NCBI GenBank assembly: GCA_964349845.1
Contig: CAYGHQ010000001.1
Coordinates: 1-54,249 of the forward strand
Direction: 5' to 3'
Origin: an uncultured Candidatus Saccharibacteria bacterium
Lineage (GTDB): Bacteria > Patescibacteriota > Minisyncoccia > Phycocordibacterales > CAYGHQ01
Length of the DNA: 54,249 nt
A program made the position numbers and the translations under genes. The notes below the pieces were generated by a model. That model was not told the DNA's origin and did no database searches. It saw only the letters and a list, made by a program, of their open reading frames with translations. Below, in pieces: positions 1 to 8,564 of the stretch (position 1 is its first letter; every line of letters starts with the position of its first letter).

Positions 1-739
1 CGCCCACCCGCCCTTTGGAGAGGTTTATGATTATTATTTTTTTCTCATCCATCATCTTCCGGATGTCAAACGTGGATTTGGGCTGGCCGATAATATTTCT
101 GATAAGCGGGTTGGAAGTAAACTGCCCCACTTTGTTCTGAATGGCCGGAGTGGCTTCGGCGGCAAAACGCTCTGTATATTTTCCGAATTCATCAATCCAA
201 AAAGATTTGACCGACGGATCAGCCACTTTATCCACCACCTTTTTCCGATAATCCTTGTCCGCCAGCATCCTGTTGATGGAAAGGATCGTGGAGTCCGGCA
301 CTTCCAAGAGAGCCAAGAGAGTATTATTCAAAATGTAGGCCATTCTGGCCGACCACGCGTCCACCCAAATTTTTTCAAACGTGCTCATGAGGCCGTTGGC
401 GACCAAGTGGCGCTTATCCGGACCGACATCTTCCATGACATTGAAAGAAATCGGATGTTCCATGTCAAAAGGCGCGAAGTAGAGAACGTCTTTTATACGG
501 TGTTCCGGCACGTAATCCAAAAGAAGCTCCGCCGTCTTTCCGTGCGGGTCAATGAAGGCCATGCCCTCGCCTTTTTGAATGTCGTCAATGGCCAGATTTT
601 CAAGGAGAGTGGATTTTCCCATTCCAGTCTTTCCGATGACGTACATGTGGCGGGAACGGTCTTTGTTTTTGATGCCGAATTTGACGCGCCGTCCGCGGGC
701 ATCGGTCTCGGCGAAATAATTTATTCTTTCTTCGTCCAT
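1..739 (-). CDS. P-loop ATPase of the TraD/VirD4/HerA-like (type IV secretion coupling protein / DUF87) type, N-terminal part; the 3' end runs off the window
   Basis: Absent from the ORF track because it is open at position 1. Manual translation from the ATG at 739..737 gives MDEERINYFAETDARGRRVKFGIKNKDRSRHMYVIGKTGMGKSTLLENLAIDDIQKGEGMAFIDPHGK... It has a Walker A motif GKTGMGKS followed by FIDPHG, as in TraD-like ATPases. Confidence 0.6.
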   Translation of the reverse strand, partial: MDEERINYFAETDARGRRVKFGIKNKDRSRHMYVIGKTGMGKSTLLENLAIDDIQKGEGMAFIDPHGKTAELLLDYVPEHRIKDVLYFAPFDMEHPISFNVMEDVGPDKRHLVANGLMSTFEKIWVDAWSARMAYILNNTLLALLEVPDSTILSINRMLADKDYRKKVVDKVADPSVKSFWIDEFGKYTERFAAEATPAIQNKVGQFTSNPLIRNIIGQPKSTFDIRKMMDEKKIIIINLSKGRVG

Positions 740-792
740 ACTGACTATAATTATATTACAAAACAAAAAAGAAGACAGTTATCTGAAACGCT

Positions 793-830
793 AAAAAACC
801 CGTTTCGTCCCCATGGGGACGAAACGGGTT
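793..830 (-). terminator. Intrinsic terminator (minus strand)
   Basis: On the minus strand, AACCCGTTTCGTCCCC/GGGGACGAAACGGGTT forms a 16-bp stem followed directly by TTTTTT. Confidence 0.7.
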
Positions 831-1135
831 CGCACAATCAAGTTCAGCAATTAAGTTGCATGAGCCGGCCACCAGTGATAATTCTGGCAGATATTACATC
901 CATTCTTCTCCTTTGACCTTGGTCATCCAAGTTGGAATCGTTTTTGTGAAAACGCGTATCGGGGTTTACCCAAACGCCCAAAATCGATGCCGAGGTAGCT
1001 TTTGCAACTCGGGTTGCTTTGCTATTAACCGCAGGTTTTTCCATAAACCGCCTTCTTGTATTTGTGCTTTGCGCATTCCATGCCCGTACTCTCCTATTAT
1101 ACAGGTGCGGAATGTTTTCAGTTGTAAATTGTAGC

Positions 1136-1209
1136 ACGGGCGGAAATAAAAATGCAAATGCGATTTTGCCCTAGGGCAAAATCGCATTTGCATTTTTATT
1201 TCCGCCCGT
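1136..1209. repeat. 74-nt perfect palindrome
   Basis: ACGGGCGGAAATAAAAATGCAAATGCGATTTTGCCCT is followed immediately by its exact reverse complement. I checked it base by base. It lies 26 nt downstream of the stop of the 1232..2431 gene. Confidence 0.95.
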
Positions 1210-1231
1210 TTCTTCCCCTAGTGGCTAACTC

Positions 1232-2431
1232 CTAGTCCCTAGTGGCTTCTTCTAGCGCCCCCCTCGTATATTTATTCGCCGCCGACCACATCATCCAGCT
1301 TGTCAGTCCTGCGTCATAAACAGCCTGCTTCTGTTTCCTAACCATATCCGCCGTATAGACGGCTCCCAAATTAAAATCCTGAAGCCACGGGCGGAGTTTC
1401 TCCGGAGTAGTGCTCGCTCTCTCGTAAGCGCTCTCCATGGAAATCTTGACAACCTCATAAGGATAAGCTGCGGGATTCTTAAATCCGTTCCAGTTGGCGG
1501 GATAATGAGACGGATAAACCATGGGAGAAACATAATCAAAATAAGGCAAAGCTTTTTCCAAAACCTGTCCAATATTAAGGTCATCCTTGTTGGTTGTGGT
1601 CATTCCAAAAAGATCAGCCGAGGTCTTGGCGCCGATTCCTTTCAATTCCCCGCTCAAGTAGTAAAAAAAATCTTCAAGAACTTCGTGCTTTTTCCGCCCT
1701 TCGCTTTTGGGATAGTAAATATCTTTCATGTTTCCATCCGAAGGAAATCTGATATAGTCAAAATTAAGCTCGTCAAAACCTATTTCTTCGTATGATTCTT
1801 TAGCCAGGGCCACAGTATAATCCCAAGCCTTTTTGGAACCGGCATCAATCCAGGAAATTCCCTTGTAATCTTTCCAGACGACATTTTTATCGCTCTCTTT
1901 TTTAACCGCCTCTTCAGGCCAAAACTTCACCAAAAATGGATCCTGGAAAACAGAGATTCTCCCTATGACATAAATATTTTTTTTATGAAGATAGTCAATA
2001 AATTCCCTCGCGTCGGGAAACCTCTTTGATCCGGCCCCGATTTCAACAAGCAAAGGATCGGATACCGGAAAAGCGATCATGCCCGTGTAATCTTTGATAT
2101 CTATCACCACGGCATTCAGTTCCGTTTCATCTATAAGTTTTACTATCCCTTCGCGCAATTTTTTTTCCCCTGCCACCCAGCTTGTCATATAGACCGCCTT
2201 CAAAGGCTCCGGAGTTTGAAGATGCGCGGGTACGAACTTCTTAATCTCTTCCGGCCCATCAGGAATAATGCCCGCTTCCAGCGCCGGCTCGTAAGTTACC
2301 GAAAAAATTTTTCCGTAAAAAAAGTAGAAAGAGATAAAAAGCAAAGCGGCAAAAACGCCAAAGAAAATTGGCGTTTTTGGTCCAATTTTTCTTTTCCCCG
2401 AGACTTTTTCAGGTTCTTGGAATAATTTCAT
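1232..2431 (-). CDS. Putative glycoside hydrolase (COG1306-like TIM-barrel family) with an N-terminal membrane anchor
   Basis: 399-aa ORF. It has an N-terminal hydrophobic helix (PIFFGVFAALLFISFYFFYG). Motifs NAVVIDIKD, FDELNFDYIRFP and SPMVYPSHY match the uncharacterised putative glycosyl hydrolase family as I recall it. Confidence 0.5.
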   Translation of the reverse strand: MKLFQEPEKVSGKRKIGPKTPIFFGVFAALLFISFYFFYGKIFSVTYEPALEAGIIPDGPEEIKKFVPAHLQTPEPLKAVYMTSWVAGEKKLREGIVKLIDETELNAVVIDIKDYTGMIAFPVSDPLLVEIGAGSKRFPDAREFIDYLHKKNIYVIGRISVFQDPFLVKFWPEEAVKKESDKNVVWKDYKGISWIDAGSKKAWDYTVALAKESYEEIGFDELNFDYIRFPSDGNMKDIYYPKSEGRKKHEVLEDFFYYLSGELKGIGAKTSADLFGMTTTNKDDLNIGQVLEKALPYFDYVSPMVYPSHYPANWNGFKNPAAYPYEVVKISMESAYERASTTPEKLRPWLQDFNLGAVYTADMVRKQKQAVYDAGLTSWMMWSAANKYTRGALEEATRD

Positions 2432-2672
2432 CTTTAAATTTGGGAACTCTTGAAGAGGCGGTGAATTTTCCGCTCTCCAAAAAAGAATCCGCCGTCTTTT
2501 CCCCAGCTCTTTCCCCCCTTTGGATAACCGCCCCGCGCAAAAGAACAGCTACAAGGGAAATCGTAATTCCGGCAAGCGCGTAAAAAAATTTTTTCCAGTC
2601 TTCCGGAAACCCTAAAAACGGTATCGCAAAAACCAGAATTCCCAATATAAATATTGCTTTTATTTTCGCCAT
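2409..2672 (-). CDS. Small membrane protein (87 aa), function unknown
   Basis: I chose the internal ATG at 2672 (MAKIKAIFILGILVFAIPFLGF...). It has two predicted hydrophobic helices. A TATAAT lies 6 nt upstream. It overlaps the start of the downstream gene by 23 nt. Confidence 0.4.
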   Translation of the reverse strand: MAKIKAIFILGILVFAIPFLGFPEDWKKFFYALAGITISLVAVLLRGAVIQRGERAGEKTADSFLESGKFTASSRVPKFKDEIIPRT

Positions 2673-2734
2673 TTCTCTATTATACCTTGCCAGGGGGGAA
2701 AGCCCAACCTTGGGGATAACGCTTCTGCCGGCAG

Positions 2735-2762
2735 TTGAAAACGCATTTTTTTGTGATATTAT
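2735..2762 (+). promoter_or_regulatory. Sigma70-type promoter
   Basis: TTGAAA (2735..2740), a 16-nt spacer containing a TGn extended -10, then TATTAT (2757..2762). It lies upstream of the 2803 CDS. Confidence 0.5.
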
Positions 2763-2802
2763 GCCAGCAGTCAGAACAAAGAAATTTAACAAAGGAGGTC
2801 TT

Positions 2803-3144
2803 ATGGCTGACTTAAAACAAGTTTTAACAGACGAATTTCTTTCGCTTTTTGTTCATGGGATTTGCCTCGTAACATGCAAAAAATGTTCCCACATTGGAAA
2901 GATTTCCGGCTTGCGTCTTGACGGATTCGGGACAAAAGGAGAAGTTAAGGTTCTTGCTGAATTTTCCTCTCTTAAGAGAAAAATCGGCCGAGAATCTTGC
3001 GACTTGGGTAAGGCGGATTTCCGCTTTACCGTCGGAGAAATCCTGCATGCTGACAAGCTTTATCTTCACTTTACCGGAGAAGGTGAGGAAGTGGGAGTAA
3101 TGGCTCAAAACGGACATAGGGAACAAACAGGAAAGAAATCGTAA
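2803..3144 (+). CDS. Hypothetical protein (113 aa)
   Basis: ATG preceded by AAAGGAGG (MADLKQVLTDEF...). It is followed by a clean terminator. I recognise no family. Confidence 0.45.
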   Translation: MADLKQVLTDEFLSLFVHGICLVTCKKCSHIGKISGLRLDGFGTKGEVKVLAEFSSLKRKIGRESCDLGKADFRFTVGEILHADKLYLHFTGEGEEVGVMAQNGHREQTGKKS

Positions 3145-3176
3145 AACCCGTTCCGCTACGCGGAACGGGTTTTTAT
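3145..3176 (+). terminator. Intrinsic terminator
   Basis: AACCCGTTCCGC tac GCGGAACGGGTT followed by a T-tract, immediately after the stop codon. Confidence 0.75.
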
Positions 3177-3276
3177 CGCGCCTCGCCCTAAAATTCAAAA
3201 AGGGAGAAAGGGGTAAAATGGGGGGCAAATTTTTGGAATTTTTACGCGCGCAGATTTTTAGGAAATTTTTCCATTA

Positions 3277-5946
3277 TCACGGATTTCTCCCCGCCCTGAT
3301 CTCCTTTATATAATAATCAATTTTTTCCGCGGAAGAAGGATCAAGCTCTTTGACAACCTGAAGGGAAGCGATTGCGTTTGTTCTTTCTCCCATCTGGAGA
3401 TAAAGAGCGGCCAGAGAAAGATGGAGGCTTGGATTTTCCGGACTGGCTTTGATGGCAGACTTGAACATGGAGAGAAGCTTGCCATATTTTTTGGCCGCGA
3501 AATACGCCTGCACTATCCTGTTGTCAACCTGTCCCCCGCCTGCCTGAAGAAGCTTCTCGGCCAAGGAATCGTTTCCGGCATAAATGGCCCCGACGGCGTA
3601 TATTGTCCTCGCTTCGGAAAATTCCGGAGCAAGGTTGTAGGCTTTTTCAAAAGTGGAGAGCGCGGTTTTGTAGTCTCCTTTATTCACATAAGAAGTGCCA
3701 AGCTCAAATATAACGGATTGCTTTTGGGGAGAAAGGCGGAGCGCCTCTTCCAACTCCTTGATGGCGTTATCGTAAAGCGCATAGCGATTGTAAAAAGATC
3801 CCATAAAAAGGCGGAGGCGGGCATCTTCGGGATTCCTGTCTATTTCCTTCCCCATCGCTTCCTTGCCCAAAGAGAAAAGCTCCTGCGAAACGGCTTGATC
3901 ATTTCCTCCGCGGGAATTCATGGCGGACATGAGAACCTGCTCAGCTACTTCTTGCGAAGCGAAAGAATTGTAGGAAACAGTTTTTTTGAAATACTCCACA
4001 TTTTTTGACAACCCGGCCGGATTTGGACTCAAAGCATCAATAAGAGTTTGGGAAGTCGCAACGCCTTTGTAGTTGAAAAAGTAGAGAAGGAAAATGACGG
4101 ACAAAGCGACAACAACCGGAGTCGTCCCCAATTTCCTTATTTCCCTGTCCGCAGATATCCATCTTTTGCCTTCAAAATATTTTACCGGTATGCCGTTTCG
4201 CGAATGAAGGTAAGCAAGAAGAGTAAAGAACATTATGTAGCTTATGAGATGGTCAAAGACGAAAAGATTGTGGAAGAAATAGGCAAACAAAAGCCCGTCA
4301 AGAACGCTTTTTTCCACGGCGGAAAAGTCGGATTTTTCTCCACTAAAGAGAGATTTCCAGATTTTCCTTGCTTTCATCGGCCCCTCCCATTTTCTATAGA
4401 TAAAATATAGGGCAAAGAAGAAAAGAGAAAGATAGCCCAGGAGCCCCAAAATTCCGCCGGCAACCAGCCAATCCAAAAAGACGTTGTGGGTGCGGTCAAA
4501 CCACGGCTCCTGCGAGAACATTTTAGGATTGTAGTATTTGTTGAAAACGAAATTAAATCCTTCCTGTCCGTAACCTAAAACCGGATTTTCAAGAAAGCCT
4601 TTCATAGCCATTGGCCAGACAAAATATCTCGCCTGAGATTTGGCTTCTGAAAAAGAGATTCCGGCAAAGCGGACCAGTACGGGATTATTTTTGACTAAAG
4701 AAGTATTCCTAACAGCCATAAATCCGGCTGAAATGGCGAAAATGGCGATAACAACTCCCCAGCATATTTTTTTGGAAAAACCGTTTTCTTTTTCAAAGAA
4801 AATAATGAGAATGGAAGAAAGCAAAAGTCCCCCCACAAGGCCGAGTATCGCTCCCCTTGTCGCTGTAAAGAAAAGAATTTTTGTCCCAACAAGAGAAAAA
4901 ATTACATACAGTATTGTTTTGAGTGTATTTTTTTGATCCCTTGAATACACATTCAAGAGAAAACCAATACCAATAGCAAGAATTACCGAAATAATCATGG
5001 TAATCCAGACTGCAAGTTCCAGATTTCTAGTCTTATCAGCAAGAATACGCATTGGCATTCTATCAAAAATAAGCAGTATCCCAGTAAAGACAAAGAGCGA
5101 ATTCAGAAAAATGAAAATATATTTAGAATTTTTAATTTTGCCGAGAACTTCTGAAGTATAGAGAATAAAAGAAAAAACTATAATCATAACTATTGATACA
5201 TAAAACCCCATCTCTCCGTAAAAACCTGTGAAAAAACTCGGATTAAAACTCTCCGGAATTTGCCCGTACTGCCTCCAAACCTGGAAAATGGAAGAAAAAT
5301 AAGTGTAGAAAGGATAAAGAAAAGCCAGAATAAATCCTATGAGATAAGAAATGGAAATATTAGCGAGAGCCTCTTCCCTCTTTCTTGCCATAAAGAAGAG
5401 AGCGAGAAAAATCATAAAGATAAGATAGACGGCAAGATAGGCGGAATTGCCGAAAGTGGCATCAAGACGAACGCCTCCCTGATTGATGGTAAGTTCTCCG
5501 GAAAGCTGGAGAATACCGTAAAGATAGACGAAAAATCCTACTCCCAGAAAAGCGTGGAAAAACCAATTCCACATTTTTTCTTTTACAAGGATGGAGGAAG
5601 CCACAAAGAAATATCCCAGAAGATGGAGAAAGGTGATGAAGCCTTCCATTCTTTCAAAATTGCTCCAGACAGCTTTGCGGGGATTAACCCCAAAAATGTC
5701 TGCGATAAAAATAACAACCAAAAAAACAAGAAAAGATGCTGAAATCCACGATTTTTTGGGAAGATAATCTCGATCCCTTAGAGCCAAGATAACCCAAGCG
5801 CCAGAAATAAGCAGGACGATTATCCTAAAAGTGAAGGCTTTCCCCGTTATAAAAGGAAAAAAAGAAGCGTTAGCCACTATTAATGGTATGGCTGGGATGG
5901 TAAAAAGGCCAGCCAAGATAAAATAGCGTAAAATTTTGTTGAGCAT
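3277..5946 (-). CDS. O-antigen ligase/polymerase-like (Wzy_C-type) polytopic membrane protein with C-terminal TPR repeats
   Basis: Long ORF with more than 10 hydrophobic segments over about 600 aa. The soluble C-terminus has repeated TPR-like helices (ALRLSPQKQ, AYNLAPEFSEA, ALYLQMGERTNAIASLQ). I prefer the ATG at 5946, which has TATACT 8 nt upstream; the track start at 5964 is a GTG. Confidence 0.65.
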   Translation of the reverse strand: MLNKILRYFILAGLFTIPAIPLIVANASFFPFITGKAFTFRIIVLLISGAWVILALRDRDYLPKKSWISASFLVFLVVIFIADIFGVNPRKAVWSNFERMEGFITFLHLLGYFFVASSILVKEKMWNWFFHAFLGVGFFVYLYGILQLSGELTINQGGVRLDATFGNSAYLAVYLIFMIFLALFFMARKREEALANISISYLIGFILAFLYPFYTYFSSIFQVWRQYGQIPESFNPSFFTGFYGEMGFYVSIVMIIVFSFILYTSEVLGKIKNSKYIFIFLNSLFVFTGILLIFDRMPMRILADKTRNLELAVWITMIISVILAIGIGFLLNVYSRDQKNTLKTILYVIFSLVGTKILFFTATRGAILGLVGGLLLSSILIIFFEKENGFSKKICWGVVIAIFAISAGFMAVRNTSLVKNNPVLVRFAGISFSEAKSQARYFVWPMAMKGFLENPVLGYGQEGFNFVFNKYYNPKMFSQEPWFDRTHNVFLDWLVAGGILGLLGYLSLFFFALYFIYRKWEGPMKARKIWKSLFSGEKSDFSAVEKSVLDGLLFAYFFHNLFVFDHLISYIMFFTLLAYLHSRNGIPVKYFEGKRWISADREIRKLGTTPVVVALSVIFLLYFFNYKGVATSQTLIDALSPNPAGLSKNVEYFKKTVSYNSFASQEVAEQVLMSAMNSRGGNDQAVSQELFSLGKEAMGKEIDRNPEDARLRLFMGSFYNRYALYDNAIKELEEALRLSPQKQSVIFELGTSYVNKGDYKTALSTFEKAYNLAPEFSEARTIYAVGAIYAGNDSLAEKLLQAGGGQVDNRIVQAYFAAKKYGKLLSMFKSAIKASPENPSLHLSLAALYLQMGERTNAIASLQVVKELDPSSAEKIDYYIKEIRAGRNP

Positions 5947-5994
5947 AATAGGAAAGTATAGCACACAAAATAATTCAAAAAAATTAGCACTCTT

Positions 5995-6230
5995 GAATTA
6001 ACCTAATTTCTAATTGATCTAATTAACCTAATAAATGTCTAAGCACCAATACCCAATTGGGGTTTAGTTATTGGGAATTTTATTAGGTGAACCCCGTACA
6101 AGAAGTTAACATTGTCTATAAGATTACTTTAAATTATCTTCTATTTACATATCTTCTTGTTACTAAAAGATATATAGTTAACTTTCTGTACGGGGTGAAT
6201 TAGGTAATTAGGTTAATTAGAAATTTTTTA
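5995..6230. repeat. Long imperfect palindromic intergenic element (family C, copy 1)
   Basis: The inner arms ACCCCGTACAAGAAGTTAAC (6090..6110) and GTTAACTTTCTGTACGGGGT (6177..6196) pair. The outer arms are built from AATTAACCTAAT / ATTAGGTTAATT words. The segment 6066..6092 recurs in reverse orientation at 26308..26340. Confidence 0.8.
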
Positions 6231-6298
6231 TATTATAATATTCCCGTACATGATTTGAAAAAATTAATTATTGAAACGGTGGCAGAAGCGAGAGATAA

Positions 6299-7201
6299 TT
6301 ATGTTTCCCTATTCCTCTCCATCTCTTTTCTGGAAAAATTCTCAAAGAGAGCGCTGTCTTCTTTGTGGAAAACAGCCACGTCATAGTAAGGAAAAGTTCT
6401 TCCGTATGATTTGCCCGGGGTATAATAATTGAGTTCGGAGATAAGTTTTTTGTCCGCCAAATCGGCCGACAAGAGAAACCTTCCATAATTATCGTAATAT
6501 ACGATTTTTTCATAACCAAGATTAAAAAGCGTTTCCATCGTGTCCAGCCCTTTTTCGCCCAAATGTTCAAATTCGCTTCTGGCGTACTCAAAGAAGATGA
6601 CCGGTTTAGCAGTCCGCAGATAATCTTTTCCGCCTCTTATTATTTTGAAATCAAATCCGTCGGCATCTATCTTGAGAAGCTTGGCATTCTTCCATTTTGG
6701 ATTTTCTTTCACGAACTTGTCCAGCGTGGAAATTTTTATTTTATTCTCCCCCGTTTTTTCGGAAAAAATTTTCATCGTGCCGTTTTCGTTTTTCATTTCC
6801 GCCGAAAAATCCCCCTCCTTGTCCCCTAAAAACATTTTAAACACGGACACGTTTTCGACGGCCAGGGCGTTCTTCTCCAAAAAAGAAAAAAATTTCTCGT
6901 CTCCGTCTATGGAAGCTATGGGAGAAGAAGGGCAGGACGATCTTATGAAAGACGAGGTGTCGCCCACGTTGCCCCCCACATCAATAACTTTCAAATCCGG
7001 ATATTTTTCATAAACGGCTTTGGAGAGCCGGACGATATTTTGGGCGTATTCGGGATGCTTTTTTAAAATAACGGGCAAGAGGTGTTCGCGGGGAAAGGAA
7101 AGGACGGTGTTTCCAATTTTCCAAGCCCGGGGCTTGTTTTTAAGAATAGTCCGGTCAAGAAAATTGCGGGCTTTGACGGCGATTCTAATTAGAATAGGCA
7201 T
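6299..7201 (-). CDS. FkbM-family SAM-dependent methyltransferase
   Basis: 300 aa. It has the VIDVGGNVGD glycine motif and LLKIDADGFDFKII, which is characteristic of the Methyltransf_21/FkbM family. TATAAT lies 6 nt upstream of the ATG. Confidence 0.7.
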   Translation of the reverse strand: MPILIRIAVKARNFLDRTILKNKPRAWKIGNTVLSFPREHLLPVILKKHPEYAQNIVRLSKAVYEKYPDLKVIDVGGNVGDTSSFIRSSCPSSPIASIDGDEKFFSFLEKNALAVENVSVFKMFLGDKEGDFSAEMKNENGTMKIFSEKTGENKIKISTLDKFVKENPKWKNAKLLKIDADGFDFKIIRGGKDYLRTAKPVIFFEYARSEFEHLGEKGLDTMETLFNLGYEKIVYYDNYGRFLLSADLADKKLISELNYYTPGKSYGRTFPYYDVAVFHKEDSALFENFSRKEMERNRET

Positions 7202-7261
7202 GGAGCAATTATACCGAAAGAAAAGGAAAGGGGAAATGGGAGAAAAGGGGAATGATACTTA

Positions 7262-7289
7262 TTGACACTTATTGACACTTGGCTATAAT
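7262..7289 (+). promoter_or_regulatory. Consensus sigma70 promoter with a duplicated TTGACAC box
   Basis: TTGACA at 7262..7267, a 16-nt spacer, then TATAAT at 7284..7289. A second TTGACAC sits 10 nt downstream of the first, inside the spacer. The ATG at 7299 is only 9 nt after the -10. Confidence 0.7.
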
Positions 7290-7298
7290 ATACAATAT

Positions 7299-7544
7299 AT
7301 GGAAGAAATCAAGGTAAATTCAATCTATACAACTGACGAAACGAGAGAGATTCTCCGCGTAAGCCCGAGCACCATAAAACGCCTTTTAAAGAAGGGGCTT
7401 ATTCGCGCCAATAAAGTCGGAGGACAATATCGCATACTCGGGAAAGAGATACTGCGGCTGGTCTCTCCTCAAGCAGAGAAAAAGGCGGTAGAATCATACC
7501 AAGAATTAAAGAGGAAGATAGTTAGGAAGGTGAAGAATTGGTAA
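7299..7544 (+). CDS. Small helix-turn-helix DNA-binding protein (excisionase/MerR-like HTH_17 type)
   Basis: 81 aa from the ATG at 7299. TDETREILRVSPSTIKRLLKKGLIRANKVGGQYRI matches the excisionase-family HTH pattern. Confidence 0.6.
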   Translation: MEEIKVNSIYTTDETREILRVSPSTIKRLLKKGLIRANKVGGQYRILGKEILRLVSPQAEKKAVESYQELKRKIVRKVKNW

Positions 7545-7573
7545 GAAATCCAAAATCCAAATCATGAAAATTA

Positions 7574-7729
7574 AAAAAGCACAAAATTCTAAATACGAAA
7601 TCCGAAACAAATCCGGAAAATTCTAAATTCTAAATCCAAAACAAAAAATCTTTATCTTTGTTTTGGTTATTTATATTTTCTTTATTTGGCTTCGTTTGTT
7701 TCGAATTCCGGATTTCGTGCTTCGGATTT
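7574..7729. repeat. Family E intergenic palindromic element, copy 1
   Basis: The arms are built from CGAAATCCGAAACAAA words around a central CCAAAACAAA/TTTGTTTTGG hairpin. The right arm 7677..7729 is the reverse complement of 8565..8617 with one mismatch. Confidence 0.85.
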
Positions 7730-7737
7730 AAATTGTT

Positions 7738-8562
7738 ATGGCTGAAACTTTAAAAATCATCAAACCAAAAAAAGTGTGGAGCTTGGACGACATCCGGGAA
7801 ATCTGGCAATACCGCGAGCTCATGTTTTTTTTCGTCTGGAGAGATATTAAAGTCCGATACAAGCAGACGGTAATCGGCATTCTTTGGGCGATAATTCAGC
7901 CATTCATCACAATGGCCGTTTTCAGCGTCTTTTTTGGCAAGCTCGCGGGCATTCCCTCGGACGGAATCCCCTATCCTATCTTTGTTTACGTAGGATTATT
8001 GTTCTGGCAATTTTTTTCCGGCTCGCTTGGAGAAACCGCAAATACCTTGATTGGAAACGCCTCCATCATCACTAAAGTTTATTTCCCACGGCTTATCCTT
8101 CCGATAGCCGATACGGCAACCAAGCTCGTGGATATGTTCTTTGCCAGCATTATTTTAGTCGGCCTTATGTTCTATTACGGATACACCCCTCACCTCGTTG
8201 GAATTCTTCTTATCCCCATACTTCTTTTTATATCATTTTTAATCGCAGTGGGAGGCGGATTAATCTTGGCTTCCGTCAATGTCAAATACCGAGACATTCG
8301 CTACGCCCTCCCCTTCTTTCTCCAAATTCTCCTTTTTTTGACGCCGGTTATTTATCCCGGAAGCATCGCCGGAAAATATTCGTGGCTTATGGCTCTTAAT
8401 CCGATGACAGGGGTAATCAAAGCGGCCAGAAACGGCATTTTGGGAGTAGCGCCGGTAAATTGGCTCCTGCTTTTCCTTTCCTTCCTCGGAGCGCTTCTGG
8501 TTTTTGCCATAGGAGTGATTGTCTTTAAGAAAACAGAGCGGTACTTTGCCGACATCGTATAA
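7738..8562 (+). CDS. wzm: ABC-2 type polysaccharide/teichoic-acid export permease
   Basis: 274 aa with six hydrophobic segments. The N-terminal signature is YRELMFFFVWRDIKVRYKQTVIGILWAIIQPF. It lies adjacent to the Wzt/TagH-like ATPase. Confidence 0.85.
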   Translation: MAETLKIIKPKKVWSLDDIREIWQYRELMFFFVWRDIKVRYKQTVIGILWAIIQPFITMAVFSVFFGKLAGIPSDGIPYPIFVYVGLLFWQFFSGSLGETANTLIGNASIITKVYFPRLILPIADTATKLVDMFFASIILVGLMFYYGYTPHLVGILLIPILLFISFLIAVGGGLILASVNVKYRDIRYALPFFLQILLFLTPVIYPGSIAGKYSWLMALNPMTGVIKAARNGILGVAPVNWLLLFLSFLGALLVFAIGVIVFKKTERYFADIV

Positions 8563-8564
8563 AT

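Noticed and set aside
815-880. A tmRNA-like 5' end on the plus strand. GGGGACGAAACGGGTTCGCAC resembles GGGGACGTTACGGATTCGAC of Bacillus-type tmRNA, and a GCCACCA lies about 55 nt downstream.
   Set aside because: The GGGGACGAAACGGG is simply the 3' arm of the minus-strand terminator hairpin. There is no T-arm or acceptor stem ending in CCA at a tmRNA-compatible distance. No tag-like reading frame ending in hydrophobic residues (ALAA-type) could be found on either strand.
960-985. An RNase P RNA-like GGGTAAACCCC motif on the minus strand.
   Set aside because: The universally conserved P4 sequence (GAGGAAAGUCC) and the other conserved blocks are absent from the 300-nt region.
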